DNA of 64,000 bases from Candidatus Bathyarchaeota archaeon (GCA_963739305.1 CAVTZU010000008.1:16879-80878), one strand, 5' to 3'. Positions 21,295 to 30,101 are shown, counted from the first letter of the stretch. Notes: generated by a model not told the origin, from the sequence alone. Made by a program: numbers and translations.

Positions 21295-21855
21295 ATGCCG
21301 AAGACTAAAGCCATAGTAAACATTCAAAACGTTGTTGCCACTGCCACCTTAAACCAGAAAGTTGACTTAAACGCCGTCGTGAAGAGTTATCCTGGAGTTG
21401 AATACCACCCAGAGGAATTTCCAGGACTTGTGTTTAGGCTTAAGAGACCGAAGACCGCCACGTTGATTTTCAACTCTGGAAAAATGGTTTGTACAGGCGC
21501 CAAATCAGAGCAGGAAGCGCGCAGGGCTGTTATGACAGTTGTTAAAGAGCTGAAGAAGGGCGGAATAATCATCATCAGTAGGCCGGATTTGAAGGTTGTG
21601 AACATGGTTGCTTCTGCAAGCTTGGGCGGAAGGGTAGACTTGGAACTGGCAGTGAGCGCGCTTGGAAAAAGCATGTATGAGCCGGAGCAGTTTCCAGGAT
21701 TGATCTACAGGATGGACGAGCCTAAGGTGGTTATACTGATATTCGCAAGCGGAAACCTTGTCTGCACCGGAGCGAAGAAAGAACAGGACGTTTATGACTC
21801 AGTGCACAAGCTTCACGCAAGGTTGGAGGAACTAAACCTCATATTCTACGAATAA
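21295..21855 (+). CDS. tbp: TATA-box binding protein
   Basis: Two TBP repeats: NVVAT..YHPEEFPGLVFR..LIFNSGKMVCTGAK and YEPEQFPGLIYR..LIFASGNLVCTGAK. Confidence 0.97.
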   Translation: MPKTKAIVNIQNVVATATLNQKVDLNAVVKSYPGVEYHPEEFPGLVFRLKRPKTATLIFNSGKMVCTGAKSEQEARRAVMTVVKELKKGGIIIISRPDLKVVNMVASASLGGRVDLELAVSALGKSMYEPEQFPGLIYRMDEPKVVILIFASGNLVCTGAKKEQDVYDSVHKLHARLEELNLIFYE

Positions 21856-21961
21856 AAACTTCATAGTTAATCGCCTATCGCCTTCGCGCGTGCGGGGGGC
21901 TTTGACCTAAACTGTTAAATTCTGTTGGTTGTTATCCGAAGAATAAGATCTGGAGGTCGTT

Positions 21962-22288
21962 ATGCCGATTAAGCGCATGCGCTCTGAGTTAGATTGTGTG
22001 GCCGAGGTTTTGAAGAGACATATGGACTGTATTGACCGATCCAAGGATTTTATTGAAGCTGATAAGACTGAAAGGTTACCGGATAAGGTTTGGATACTTG
22101 TTGAATTGCGATATGACGCAGCCAGAGTATTAACAATCGATAGAATATTTGAAAGCAAAGAGACAGAGCCAAATACTATGCCTTCCGGTAATAGATTCAA
22201 GAATATGACAGAGAATTACAGTAATCACTCGTATGTGAAGGGACTGCTGAAGTTGATCAATGAAGATATTCAGAAAACTTGCAAGTAA
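21962..22288 (+). CDS. Hypothetical protein
   Basis: GGAGG RBS; 108-aa ORF without recognised motif. Confidence 0.5.
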   Translation: MPIKRMRSELDCVAEVLKRHMDCIDRSKDFIEADKTERLPDKVWILVELRYDAARVLTIDRIFESKETEPNTMPSGNRFKNMTENYSNHSYVKGLLKLINEDIQKTCK

Positions 22289-22363
22289 TCGCATGTTTTC
22301 GAGCCCTTCTTTTTCTATTATGGGCAAATCGCTGCATGATGCAGCTTGATTTTGTCGAGAGAC

Positions 22364-22567
22364 TCAGAATTCCGTAAGGTCGCCGTTGTCGATGACGATG
22401 AAAACTTGGTCATGCTTCTCAAATTGCTCGTAGCCTAGAATTCTACGCGGAAAATGTTGACCAAAATAGTGAAAGGCAAAGGGTAAACCGCCTTTCGAGA
22501 AGGATAATACGACAAGCTTCGCGTTCAAGGATTCATACAGATTTGTTTGTTTCATCATTTCAACCAT
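22364..22567 (-). CDS. Small hypothetical protein downstream of tfb
   Basis: Co-oriented, 18 nt after the tfb stop; protein-like composition. Confidence 0.45.
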   Translation of the reverse strand: MVEMMKQTNLYESLNAKLVVLSFSKGGLPFAFHYFGQHFPRRILGYEQFEKHDQVFIVIDNGDLTEF

Positions 22568-22585
22568 CCATTTTTGTTAATCCCT

Positions 22586-23590
22586 CTAGGGTTCGCGTAA
22601 TTCTAGCTTCAGCTGCCTTTTCAGGGTCTTGTAGCGGTTTCTCACCGTGACCTCAGTGACGCCTGCAGCTTCAGCGATGTACTTCTGTGTCTTCTTCTCG
22701 TTGTTCTGCAAACAAGCAATGTACAGTGATGCAGCAGCCAATCCCATAGGGTCCTTTCCGGCAGCAGCCCGCTTCTTTCTGGCTTCTCGAAGAATCTGTA
22801 TAGCAATTCCCTGGGTCTTGCCCGAAATGCCTGTTCTTTCAGCGATTTTTGAAACGTACGTAAGGGGGTCAGCGATGGGCATGTGCATATCAAGTTCACG
22901 TAGCAAAAGCCGGTAGCAACGGGCAACGTCCTTTTTATCGACTAGGCTTGCCTCTGCGATTTCATGAAGTGCTCTTGGGGTTCCACTTCCGCGGCAAGCC
23001 GCATAAACCGCAGCAGCCGTTATGGCTGCGATAGACCTTCCGCGGACTAAGCTCTTATCTAAAGCTTTACGGTAAATAACCGCAGCCTTCTCTTTGATTG
23101 GCCGTGGAATGTAGACCCTGTCTGACAAGCGGTCAAGTTCAGCCATTGCCTGGGCTAGGTTTCTGTCAACTGAAGAATGCGCCCTAGAACGGATCTGCCA
23201 TTTTCTCAGGCGCCACATCAGCAGGCGCGTTGATAATGGAAGTTTTCTTCCGAAGGCGTCACGGTCAATCTGGCCTATGGCCGTTGACAAGCCTTTATCA
23301 TGCACAGAATAAGATGTTGGCATCCCAACACGGCTTCTTGACGCTTTCTCTTCTTGGGTAAATGCACGCCATTCGGGTCCTTTATCCATCATTTGCCCGT
23401 ATAAGACGAGCCCACAGTCGCCGCAAACGGTCTCACCCGTATCATAGTCATGGATAAGGTTTACACTACCACATTCCGGACACTTATCCCGCAACGTTTG
23501 CTGAGACCGTGTCACTTTCTTTCTTTTTTCCATCTTTTCGGTCTCTATCATATGGAGTAGGCTCATCACAGGACAACCTTCACAAAACAC
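22586..23590 (-). CDS. tfb: Transcription initiation factor IIB (true start probably later, e.g. 23533)
   Basis: CPECG..CGDCG Zn ribbon, GPEWRAF B-reader, two cyclin repeats, AGVTEVTVRNRYK. Confidence 0.97.
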   Translation of the reverse strand: MFCEGCPVMSLLHMIETEKMEKRKKVTRSQQTLRDKCPECGSVNLIHDYDTGETVCGDCGLVLYGQMMDKGPEWRAFTQEEKASRSRVGMPTSYSVHDKGLSTAIGQIDRDAFGRKLPLSTRLLMWRLRKWQIRSRAHSSVDRNLAQAMAELDRLSDRVYIPRPIKEKAAVIYRKALDKSLVRGRSIAAITAAAVYAACRGSGTPRALHEIAEASLVDKKDVARCYRLLLRELDMHMPIADPLTYVSKIAERTGISGKTQGIAIQILREARKKRAAAGKDPMGLAAASLYIACLQNNEKKTQKYIAEAAGVTEVTVRNRYKTLKRQLKLELREP

Positions 23591-23698
23591 AATTCCTCAT
23601 ATTACGTATCAGAATTTGAGCGATTTGATTGTTAGTCCGCAAAGCGCGCGTTAGAAAGAAGGATACTAAGGGTTGATGCTTTGTTCGGCAGGGTTTTC

Positions 23699-23986
23699 CT
23701 ACTCTTTTGCAAGGGTTATTTCCATTGTTGAAACCATCCGTGCTCTGTTTTCGCCTTCTCTTGCTGGCATCTCCTCTGTTCCTATCGCGACTTTGCTCAC
23801 TTTTAAGTCTTTTAGGAAGCGATTTCTGGTTATTTCAGCTGCGTCAACTGCCGTGGTGATCGCTTGTCCTCGGGCTTTCAAGGTTATTTCTTTAGCATTG
23901 GATGCCGATAGGCTTGTAATAATCGCTAGAACATAGCTCATTACTGGTTTACTTCCAATGAAAACAATTCCCGATTTTTCCGACAT
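23699..23986 (-). CDS. albA: DNA/RNA-binding protein Alba
   Basis: IGSKPVMSYVLA, KARGQAITTAVDAAE, VSTMEITL. Confidence 0.95.
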   Translation of the reverse strand: MSEKSGIVFIGSKPVMSYVLAIITSLSASNAKEITLKARGQAITTAVDAAEITRNRFLKDLKVSKVAIGTEEMPAREGENRARMVSTMEITLAKE

Positions 23987-24421
23987 TTCCATCAATCCTT
24001 TCATCATTAATTGTAACGTACAACGTTGCTGTGTTCTTCTCGTCCTTCAACAACAGAACGCTACTGACCTATACTACACACTTTCTTATAAAGCGATTAA
24101 ACAGCAGAGCAGCCTGAGGATATTTTCACGCGGCTCCCTTATCCTAGATTCCTATCTTAGACACAGCATTCACTTTGCATTTAGGTGATAGGTCATAATT
24201 AGGTGCAGAAAACTCGTATATGCGCGCGCTAACCCCCGCTCCTTTGCCGCCATCCACACATAGCGCGCTAGGGCGTTGCTTAATTCAGATTTTAATAGTT
24301 TTTATTCGGTTTCATGAGTAGTTGGCAGCTTTTGGTTGAACAATCCTCCCATCAGAGGCATCTCAATACGCACCGCGCGCGCTAACTTTACTCCTGCACC
24401 TTTCCCCAAAAGGAAAGAGAA

Positions 24422-24495
24422 GGGTTTCCAACGATTCAACCCTGTAGCAAACTGACAGGCACCAGTTGCATTTGTTGGATTGAACCTGGAAACCC
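24422..24495 (-). ncRNA. Candidate small hairpin RNA
   Basis: TATA-like TTTTATTTA ~22 nt upstream; three stacked stems closed by GGGUUUCCA/UGGAAACCC; pyrimidine tract immediately 3'. Confidence 0.4.
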
Positions 24496-24527
24496 ATCCA
24501 AGACTGAAGGATGCCTAAATAAAAGTG

Positions 24528-24770
24528 TTAGCGCGCTGGCTTGTCCCTAAAATGGTTAAAAATGATATTTATTCCTTTTTTGTGGTTTGGGGGCGGTTTC
24601 GAGGCGCACTTGCTGCTAGCTTTCACGACCACGCCTTGGAGCTCCAAGCGGGCTAGGTGAAGCCTCAACGTGTCATGGGAAACCCCCACTTCCCGCAGGA
24701 TCTGCCATAGCTTCCATGATTTACCATCCCTCAAAATGCCAGGATTTGCCTATCAAACAAGGTCAAATTG
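24528..24770 (-). pseudogene. Winged-helix protein remnant
   Basis: FDRQILA / LRDGK..QILREVGVSHDTLRLHLARLELQGVVVK; frameshifted and truncated. Confidence 0.5.
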
Positions 24771-24815
24771 AACCCAAAAAGGCAAAGAAGAATTAAGACC
24801 AATTTCGGGCGCGCG

Positions 24816-25085
24816 CTAGCCAGGTAGTTCGACTCTTGCCCCTAATGCTTGCCCAGGTATGCCTTTGTGGAATTTGGCTGTGACAACGCCTTTCTTGCCG
24901 TGCAAGCTCATGATTCTGCCGATGAAGCTGTTCTTTCCATACTTCAGAACCACTTTTCGACCAATGAGCTGGCCTGACTTAGAGACAGTATCTTCACCAA
25001 TGATCCGGATGAGGCACCATTTTGGCATCTGTGTTCTGATGCCTATTCGATAGTTCACTATTGTTCCATAAGCAGGTTGATGCAT
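24816..25085 (-). CDS. rpl35ae: 50S ribosomal protein L35ae
   Basis: VNYRIG.RTQ..CLI..LIGRKV..GRIMSLHGKKGVVTAKF..GIPGQALG. Confidence 0.92.
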   Translation of the reverse strand: MHQPAYGTIVNYRIGIRTQMPKWCLIRIIGEDTVSKSGQLIGRKVVLKYGKNSFIGRIMSLHGKKGVVTAKFHKGIPGQALGARVELPG

Positions 25086-25244
25086 AAACATACGCCATTG
25101 CAACACCCTTCTAATGCATACCTCGCTCTTAAACATGCATAATTTGATTTAAGGGTGCTCTGTTTATAAGCCCCGGCGCGAACCTTAATTCAGCGTGTAA
25201 GAAGCGATTTTTGCACAGCAGCATACGAGGAGTTGAAATAGTCA

Positions 25245-25385
25245 TTGTACGAGAAAGAAATGCATAAGGCAGTTTGTGCTGATTGTGGAAAAGACTGTGA
25301 AGTTCCATTCAAGCCTGACCCGAGCAGACCTGTTTACTGTCGAGATTGCTATTCGAAACGTGGACCACCAAGAAGAAGATTCTAA
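25245..25385 (+). CDS. CxxC-x17-CxxC small zinc-binding protein, 46 aa (not in ORF track)
   Basis: MYEKEMHKAVCADCGKDCEVPFKPDPSRPVYCRDCYSKRGPPRRRF; GAGGAG upstream. Confidence 0.9.
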   Translation: MYEKEMHKAVCADCGKDCEVPFKPDPSRPVYCRDCYSKRGPPRRRF

Positions 25386-25463
25386 GTTAAGCCAGCAACG
25401 CTAGCTTGGCATCATTTTTCTTCCATTTTTCACATTTTCTAATTACGCTCAACACGAATAGAG

Positions 25464-25715
25464 GTGATCAATAGATTGCAGAAAAGAATGTTCGAAGTCA
25501 CGTGTACGGACTGTGGCAGCGCCACTACTGTACCTTTCAAGCCCACTGTCGGGAAACCAGTTTACTGCAGAACATGCTTCTCGAAACATATGCTGAAGCG
25601 ATCAGAAAAAGAGGGTATGAACTTCAGTTTTGATCCGAAACAGGCATGGGCACGTCGAGGAGACGACTGGAAAGGAAGAATCGAGCAAGAACCCACCAGC
25701 GTCTTCAACCGATAA
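25464..25715 (+). CDS. CxxC-x17-CxxC zinc-binding protein with C-terminal extension
   Basis: CTDCG..VPFKP..KPVYCRTC. Confidence 0.85.
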   Translation: MINRLQKRMFEVTCTDCGSATTVPFKPTVGKPVYCRTCFSKHMLKRSEKEGMNFSFDPKQAWARRGDDWKGRIEQEPTSVFNR

Positions 25716-25983
25716 TGCAGTGTTCTGAGACAGAAATTGTTCCGAGTGCGCCAAGAACAAAGGCCGAAACACTCGAAACACTCTCTGAACTGAACGCAAG
25801 GCTGTGCCAGATGGTACTTTTACAAATCCATCCGCATAGACCTATATACTTGATGATACATCCTTTAACAGTTAGGATTCTCTAGAGGAAGAGTTCAATC
25901 GCAGAGTATGCTTTTTCTCTGATCGTTCTGACTAGTCACGACTCGTAGGCAACCATGTTCTCATGGTTCTGAAGGTGCGAAAA

Positions 25984-26289
25984 TTGGGTAAAAGAAAAGT
26001 CCTTAATGAAGAAAACTTGGAAAATATGTTGTATCCAAGCAAGAATGATGTGCTAGGAATAGCGGTCAAAATGCTTGGCTTTGACCGAATAATGGTCAAG
26101 TGCCAAGATGGCAAGGAACGATTGTGCCGGGTTCGAGGCAAACTCAAAAGACGCGTGTGGATCCGAGATGGAGACATCGTGTTGGTTTCTCCTTGGGACT
26201 TCCAGTCAGACACGAGAGGCGACATATTCTGGCGGTACAGGAAGAACCAGACTGAGCAATTGAGGCTCAAAGGCTACCTCACGATGTAG
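25984..26289 (+). CDS. eif1a: Translation initiation factor aIF-1A
   Basis: MLGFDRIMVKC.DGKERLCRVRGKLKRRVWIRDGDIVLVSPWDFQ..RGDI.WRY. Confidence 0.95.
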   Translation: MGKRKVLNEENLENMLYPSKNDVLGIAVKMLGFDRIMVKCQDGKERLCRVRGKLKRRVWIRDGDIVLVSPWDFQSDTRGDIFWRYRKNQTEQLRLKGYLTM

Positions 26290-26359
26290 CTGCTGTGAAG
26301 GTTTCGAAATTGACCAGCATTTCCGAAACAGGTGAAGTATCGAAAATGAGTGAGAGATC

Positions 26360-27004
26360 TTGAGAAGGAAAACTTCATCAACTAGCGAGTATCTCGCGTT
26401 TCTTTCAGCAAAATACGAGGTTGACCCAGACAGTCTTTTCTACGCGTTGATTGTGGCAGAAGAAAGCAAAAAGTCCGTTTGCGGAGACCTTTCGATCGAG
26501 TGGCGTGGCGAAACGCGGGATAAGGTTATGTTTCTAATTCTGACGAGTTCCAAAGTTGTTGCACAGCTTTCAGTATTCAAACAATTCCTTTTGGAGAAAG
26601 GCCATCCGATCAGAGATTTCATGGAGACTGAAAAGATACGCAGACTCCTGGCTAAGAGAGATAGGCAATCATCGGTTCTTCCGATCAGAGATCTGCGGAG
26701 TGGGATGACGCAGATTTGTCTGAAGGCCAAGGTTTTGGAGATTCCAAAGCCAACCATGGTCTACACACGCTATGGAAATTACGCGAGCGTAGCGAATGCA
26801 CTGATAGCAGATGAAACTGGAACGATTAGGCTGTGTCTCTGGAACGAGCAGATATATTGCATTTCTGCTGGAGACACTGTTCAGATCCAGAATGCAAGGG
26901 CTTCCACATTCAAAGGCCAAAGGCAATTGAACATTGGAAGAAAGGGCTTGCTCAGCAGTGTTGATGTGTCAAACTGTCAAGCGAAAGTGTTGATCAGCTC
27001 TTAG
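26360..27004 (+). CDS. OB-fold (RPA/SSB-like) protein with uncharacterised N-terminal domain
   Basis: IRDLRSGM..KAKVLE..IADETGTIRLCLWNEQ..GDTVQIQNA..FKG..QLNIGRKG. Confidence 0.8.
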   Translation: MRRKTSSTSEYLAFLSAKYEVDPDSLFYALIVAEESKKSVCGDLSIEWRGETRDKVMFLILTSSKVVAQLSVFKQFLLEKGHPIRDFMETEKIRRLLAKRDRQSSVLPIRDLRSGMTQICLKAKVLEIPKPTMVYTRYGNYASVANALIADETGTIRLCLWNEQIYCISAGDTVQIQNARASTFKGQRQLNIGRKGLLSSVDVSNCQAKVLISS

Positions 27005-27039
27005 GTCCTGCTAGCCAAAGAAAGGCGATTGAGGAATAG

Positions 27040-27324
27040 TTGTTGAAAATCGTAAGAGGCTGGAGAAAAATGGACCGACAGCAAGGATTCATTAATGAGA
27101 CCACGGGACAGAATCTGATCGTCACAAAGAAAGAGTTTGGAAGGCATTACGTGGTGCTGCTGTTTCCCAGGGTAAGAATTGATGATAAAGGAGAGACTAT
27201 TTCACCAGAGTATGCGACTGCATCGAAAGCAGAAGCCTATGCGTTGAAATGGATGGAGAAGCATCCGAGAGGAGCCGAACCAGCCCCTGAGCAAAGTTCA
27301 GGTGGAAGTGACGAAAATGAGTAG
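27040..27324 (+). CDS. Hypothetical protein
   Basis: GAGG RBS; co-oriented in the operon. Confidence 0.6.
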   Translation: MLKIVRGWRKMDRQQGFINETTGQNLIVTKKEFGRHYVVLLFPRVRIDDKGETISPEYATASKAEAYALKWMEKHPRGAEPAPEQSSGGSDENE

Positions 27325-27415
27325 GAAAGATAAGCCTACGGGAAAAGCAATCGATAGGCAGAAGGGGCATCAAACAAGAAGGGCTAGCGGCGGAAAGAAA
27401 CAGAAGAGAAGATAA
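27317..27415 (+). CDS. 32-aa highly basic peptide (not in ORF track)
   Basis: MSRKDKPTGKAIDRQKGHQTRRASGGKKQKRR; start overlaps the upstream gene end; T-run after the stop. Confidence 0.5.
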   Translation: MSRKDKPTGKAIDRQKGHQTRRASGGKKQKRR

Positions 27416-27782
27416 GAAGCAACTTTTTTCGCATTGTCATGGTTATGACTTGCGTTGACCACTTGTTTTGCAGGCAATGCTTGCCGGCAGATCACCTGTA
27501 ACAGAGCGCGTTAAACTCGAAGAAAAAGGGGAAGAGTGGGTATTGAGTGAGGGCCTACTCAACATGGTTTTTGAGTGTTTTCAGCTCTAAAACACCCTAC
27601 CTCCCGGCCTTTTTTTCTTGCGGAGTACTGTCGATGGAGCTTTCGCTGGGGCGCTGGCTGATTCTTGCCGTGGTTTTCTTTTGGATTTGCATGTTTACTT
27701 TGATAGAAAAGGTACTGTTTCGGTGCGCGCTGCGCTAGGTCTGACCCAAAACTCTAAATGGGAAAGGACCAGATGACTTTTC

Positions 27783-28697
27783 ATGAACATTCAACCGGTC
27801 CGTTCCTTAACGATCATTACTCTTGTTGAAAATTCAGCCATGTCATTTCTGCTCGGTCAATGGGGTCTCTCATTTCTCTTGGAGTTTAGTGACGCTCAGA
27901 ATCGCCAAAGAAAAATCATCTTCGACACCGGAAAGGACAAGCGTGCACTGCTCCAGAATATAAAACTCCTGAAAAAAGACCTTAGCGAGGTTGACTGTGT
28001 TGTATTGAGCCACGGTCATCTAGATCACACAGCGGCTACGGTGGAGATCGTCAAAGCCGCTGGAGGAGTAAAGGTCTACGCGCACCCACACACGTTTCTC
28101 CCTCGCTTCCAGAAAACCAAGGACGGAAAGACAAGACGAATAGGAGTTCCTGAAAGAGAAGGCGTAGCAGACATTGAGAAAGCGGGAGGAACCGTCGTTC
28201 ACACGTCAAGACCCACCGAAATATTGCCGGGACTGTGGACTACAGGCCCGATCCCAAGGACATCAGAATTCGAAAATGTTATGGATCTCCCCGAAGGGGA
28301 AAGATTGACGATTTGTCTTGATGGAAAGGAAACTGATGATCACATTCGCGATGACCAGGCTCTTTATGCACAAGTCAAGGACGTGGGGGTTTACGTCATC
28401 ACAGGCTGCGCCCACTCTGGTCTCATAAATACCCTGTCTCATATCCAAAAAGTAGGAGGCTTCAAACAACTTGCTGGAGTGATCGGGGGTACTCACCTCA
28501 TCGGTCGTTCGGATGAATACATTCAGCGAACGATCACAGATCTTAGCCATGTTGGAATGAACTTGATCTCACCTTGTCACTGCACAGGTTTCAAAGCCCA
28601 AACGAGACTCTGGCAAACATTCCCGAATGCTTTTGTCTTGAACTATGCTGGCAGAATTATCGAAGCTGGCAAAGAGCCAAAACCTCGTGTAATTTGA
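27783..28697 (+). CDS. MBL-fold metallo-hydrolase (MJ0448/7,8-dihydropterin-related synthase-like)
   Basis: WGLSF, FDTG, SHGHLDH, DDQAL, TGCAHSG, GGTHL, PCHCTG. Confidence 0.88.
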   Translation: MNIQPVRSLTIITLVENSAMSFLLGQWGLSFLLEFSDAQNRQRKIIFDTGKDKRALLQNIKLLKKDLSEVDCVVLSHGHLDHTAATVEIVKAAGGVKVYAHPHTFLPRFQKTKDGKTRRIGVPEREGVADIEKAGGTVVHTSRPTEILPGLWTTGPIPRTSEFENVMDLPEGERLTICLDGKETDDHIRDDQALYAQVKDVGVYVITGCAHSGLINTLSHIQKVGGFKQLAGVIGGTHLIGRSDEYIQRTITDLSHVGMNLISPCHCTGFKAQTRLWQTFPNAFVLNYAGRIIEAGKEPKPRVI

Positions 28698-28803
28698 GCG
28701 TGCGTAGCCCCCGCGCGCGCGATGTGCGATATACACGAGACTAAAACAGACACTAAAGTAGGAAATACGGGAATGAAGGGAAAGTGATGGTACGATGTTT
28801 TTG

Positions 28804-29276
28804 CTATTCTTTAGTCTTTGCAGAAGGCTTACGCATCGAACCCAAATATAGCCCTATGAAAACAAGCACCAAATCAAAAACAGCGTTCAAAGCTGTGTTG
28901 ACATACAGGTACATTGTCTCGAAAGTGAACCAATCCATGTTTGTCCATGAACCAGTGGAGAACATTTTCTGAAGAGCTTCATCAGCCACAGCATTGTAAT
29001 GTCCAACGCCACTGTAAAGCATCAGACTAATGAAATAGTTACAAAAGTGAACAATACAACTATTTTACCAATTGACCTCATCCTAGACTCCTCTTGTATC
29101 TTCTCAGCGAAGACGTAACCAGCAACCAAACTACCAACAAAAAGAGACACACTTCCAGTAGCCAATAGTCCTGGATAAGAACCCGCTGGAACCAACACCA
29201 ATCCTAGAACAGCAAATAGCAAAACGAAAATCACAGACGCAGATGCCGTAGCCATAATGACATCCCCAAACTTCAA
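28804..29276 (-). CDS. Hypothetical 4-TM membrane protein, frameshifted near 29022
   Basis: Two abutting hydrophobic ORFs (29022-29276, 28804-29022) read as one protein; GAGGAGGTGA RBS. Confidence 0.6.
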
Positions 29277-29356
29277 CCTATCACCTCCTCTGAAGCCAAA
29301 AACACATATGTGCTCTCTATTCAGCTATAACTTTTCCCTAAAACCAAAAGTTGGGT

Positions 29357-29378
29357 TTGGGGGTAAAGTTTTATCCCA
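29357..29378. repeat. 22-bp quasi-palindromic site, left copy of an inverted pair
   Basis: TTGGGGGTAAAGTTTTATCCCA; exact reverse complement of 30020-30041. Confidence 0.85.
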
Positions 29379-29387
29379 AACACACAG

Positions 29388-29954
29388 CTAGCTACGATAT
29401 CTCATTAGCTCCGCAGCGTTATCAGGCAAGTGGTCTATTCCACCAAACTCTTTGACAACAATCGACTCTATCTTGGACTTCAGTTCTTCCCTAATGCCAG
29501 GGTAAGTCATTTCTTCTTCTCCGCCAATGCTCTCACAGTCATCCTCGACTATAATATCTGGCAGGACTTTCTCCGCCACGTCTTTGTAATCCTCACCTTC
29601 TTTTCTGGAAAGTAGTTGTCCTTGAGGGAATTTGAATTTCTTGAGAATTTTTCGTATGATGTCGATTTCCTCTGATTTCGTTCTGGATGTAAGATACACA
29701 ATAGTTGCACCTTGTTTCTTCCAGGCTCCGATTTTTCTTACGCTGTTCCCTATTGGAACTGAAGCTGCGAAATATTCAGGAGAAGGTGCGTCACCAGATT
29801 TCCGCAGTTTTTCAAGCTCTTCTTTCGAGAGGTTTGACCATTTCTTGACTTGCTTGACTATCTCTTCTCTTGGAATACCAATCCATTTCTTGTTTGTTAG
29901 AATAGTTCCCTCGGTGAAAACCAGAATCTTGACAGACAGGTCTACGCCCTCCAA
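29388..29954 (-). CDS. Hypothetical HAD-like fold protein
   Basis: ILVFTEGTI (degenerate DxDGT), YLTSR, IIVEDD. Confidence 0.7.
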   Translation of the reverse strand: MEGVDLSVKILVFTEGTILTNKKWIGIPREEIVKQVKKWSNLSKEELEKLRKSGDAPSPEYFAASVPIGNSVRKIGAWKKQGATIVYLTSRTKSEEIDIIRKILKKFKFPQGQLLSRKEGEDYKDVAEKVLPDIIVEDDCESIGGEEEMTYPGIREELKSKIESIVVKEFGGIDHLPDNAAELMRYRS

Positions 29955-30019
29955 GCTGGACCTTACAATTTCCTAAGCAGTCGGAGCGTATCTTATGGCT
30001 TGTGGTAGGATTTGGTTGG

Positions 30020-30041
30020 TGGGATAAAACTTTACCCCCAA
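30020..30041. repeat. 22-bp quasi-palindromic site, right copy of an inverted pair
   Basis: TGGGATAAAACTTTACCCCCAA. Confidence 0.85.
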
Positions 30042-30101
30042 CCCACCCCTTTTGAAAATGCTAATTAACTGTTGACCCAATAGTTGTTTTGCAGTGGAAA
30101 A

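Noticed and set aside
27583-27593. GTTTTAGAGCT on the minus strand, matching the start of the S. pyogenes type II CRISPR repeat
   Set aside because: Single 11-nt match, no repeat-spacer array and no cas genes; chance.
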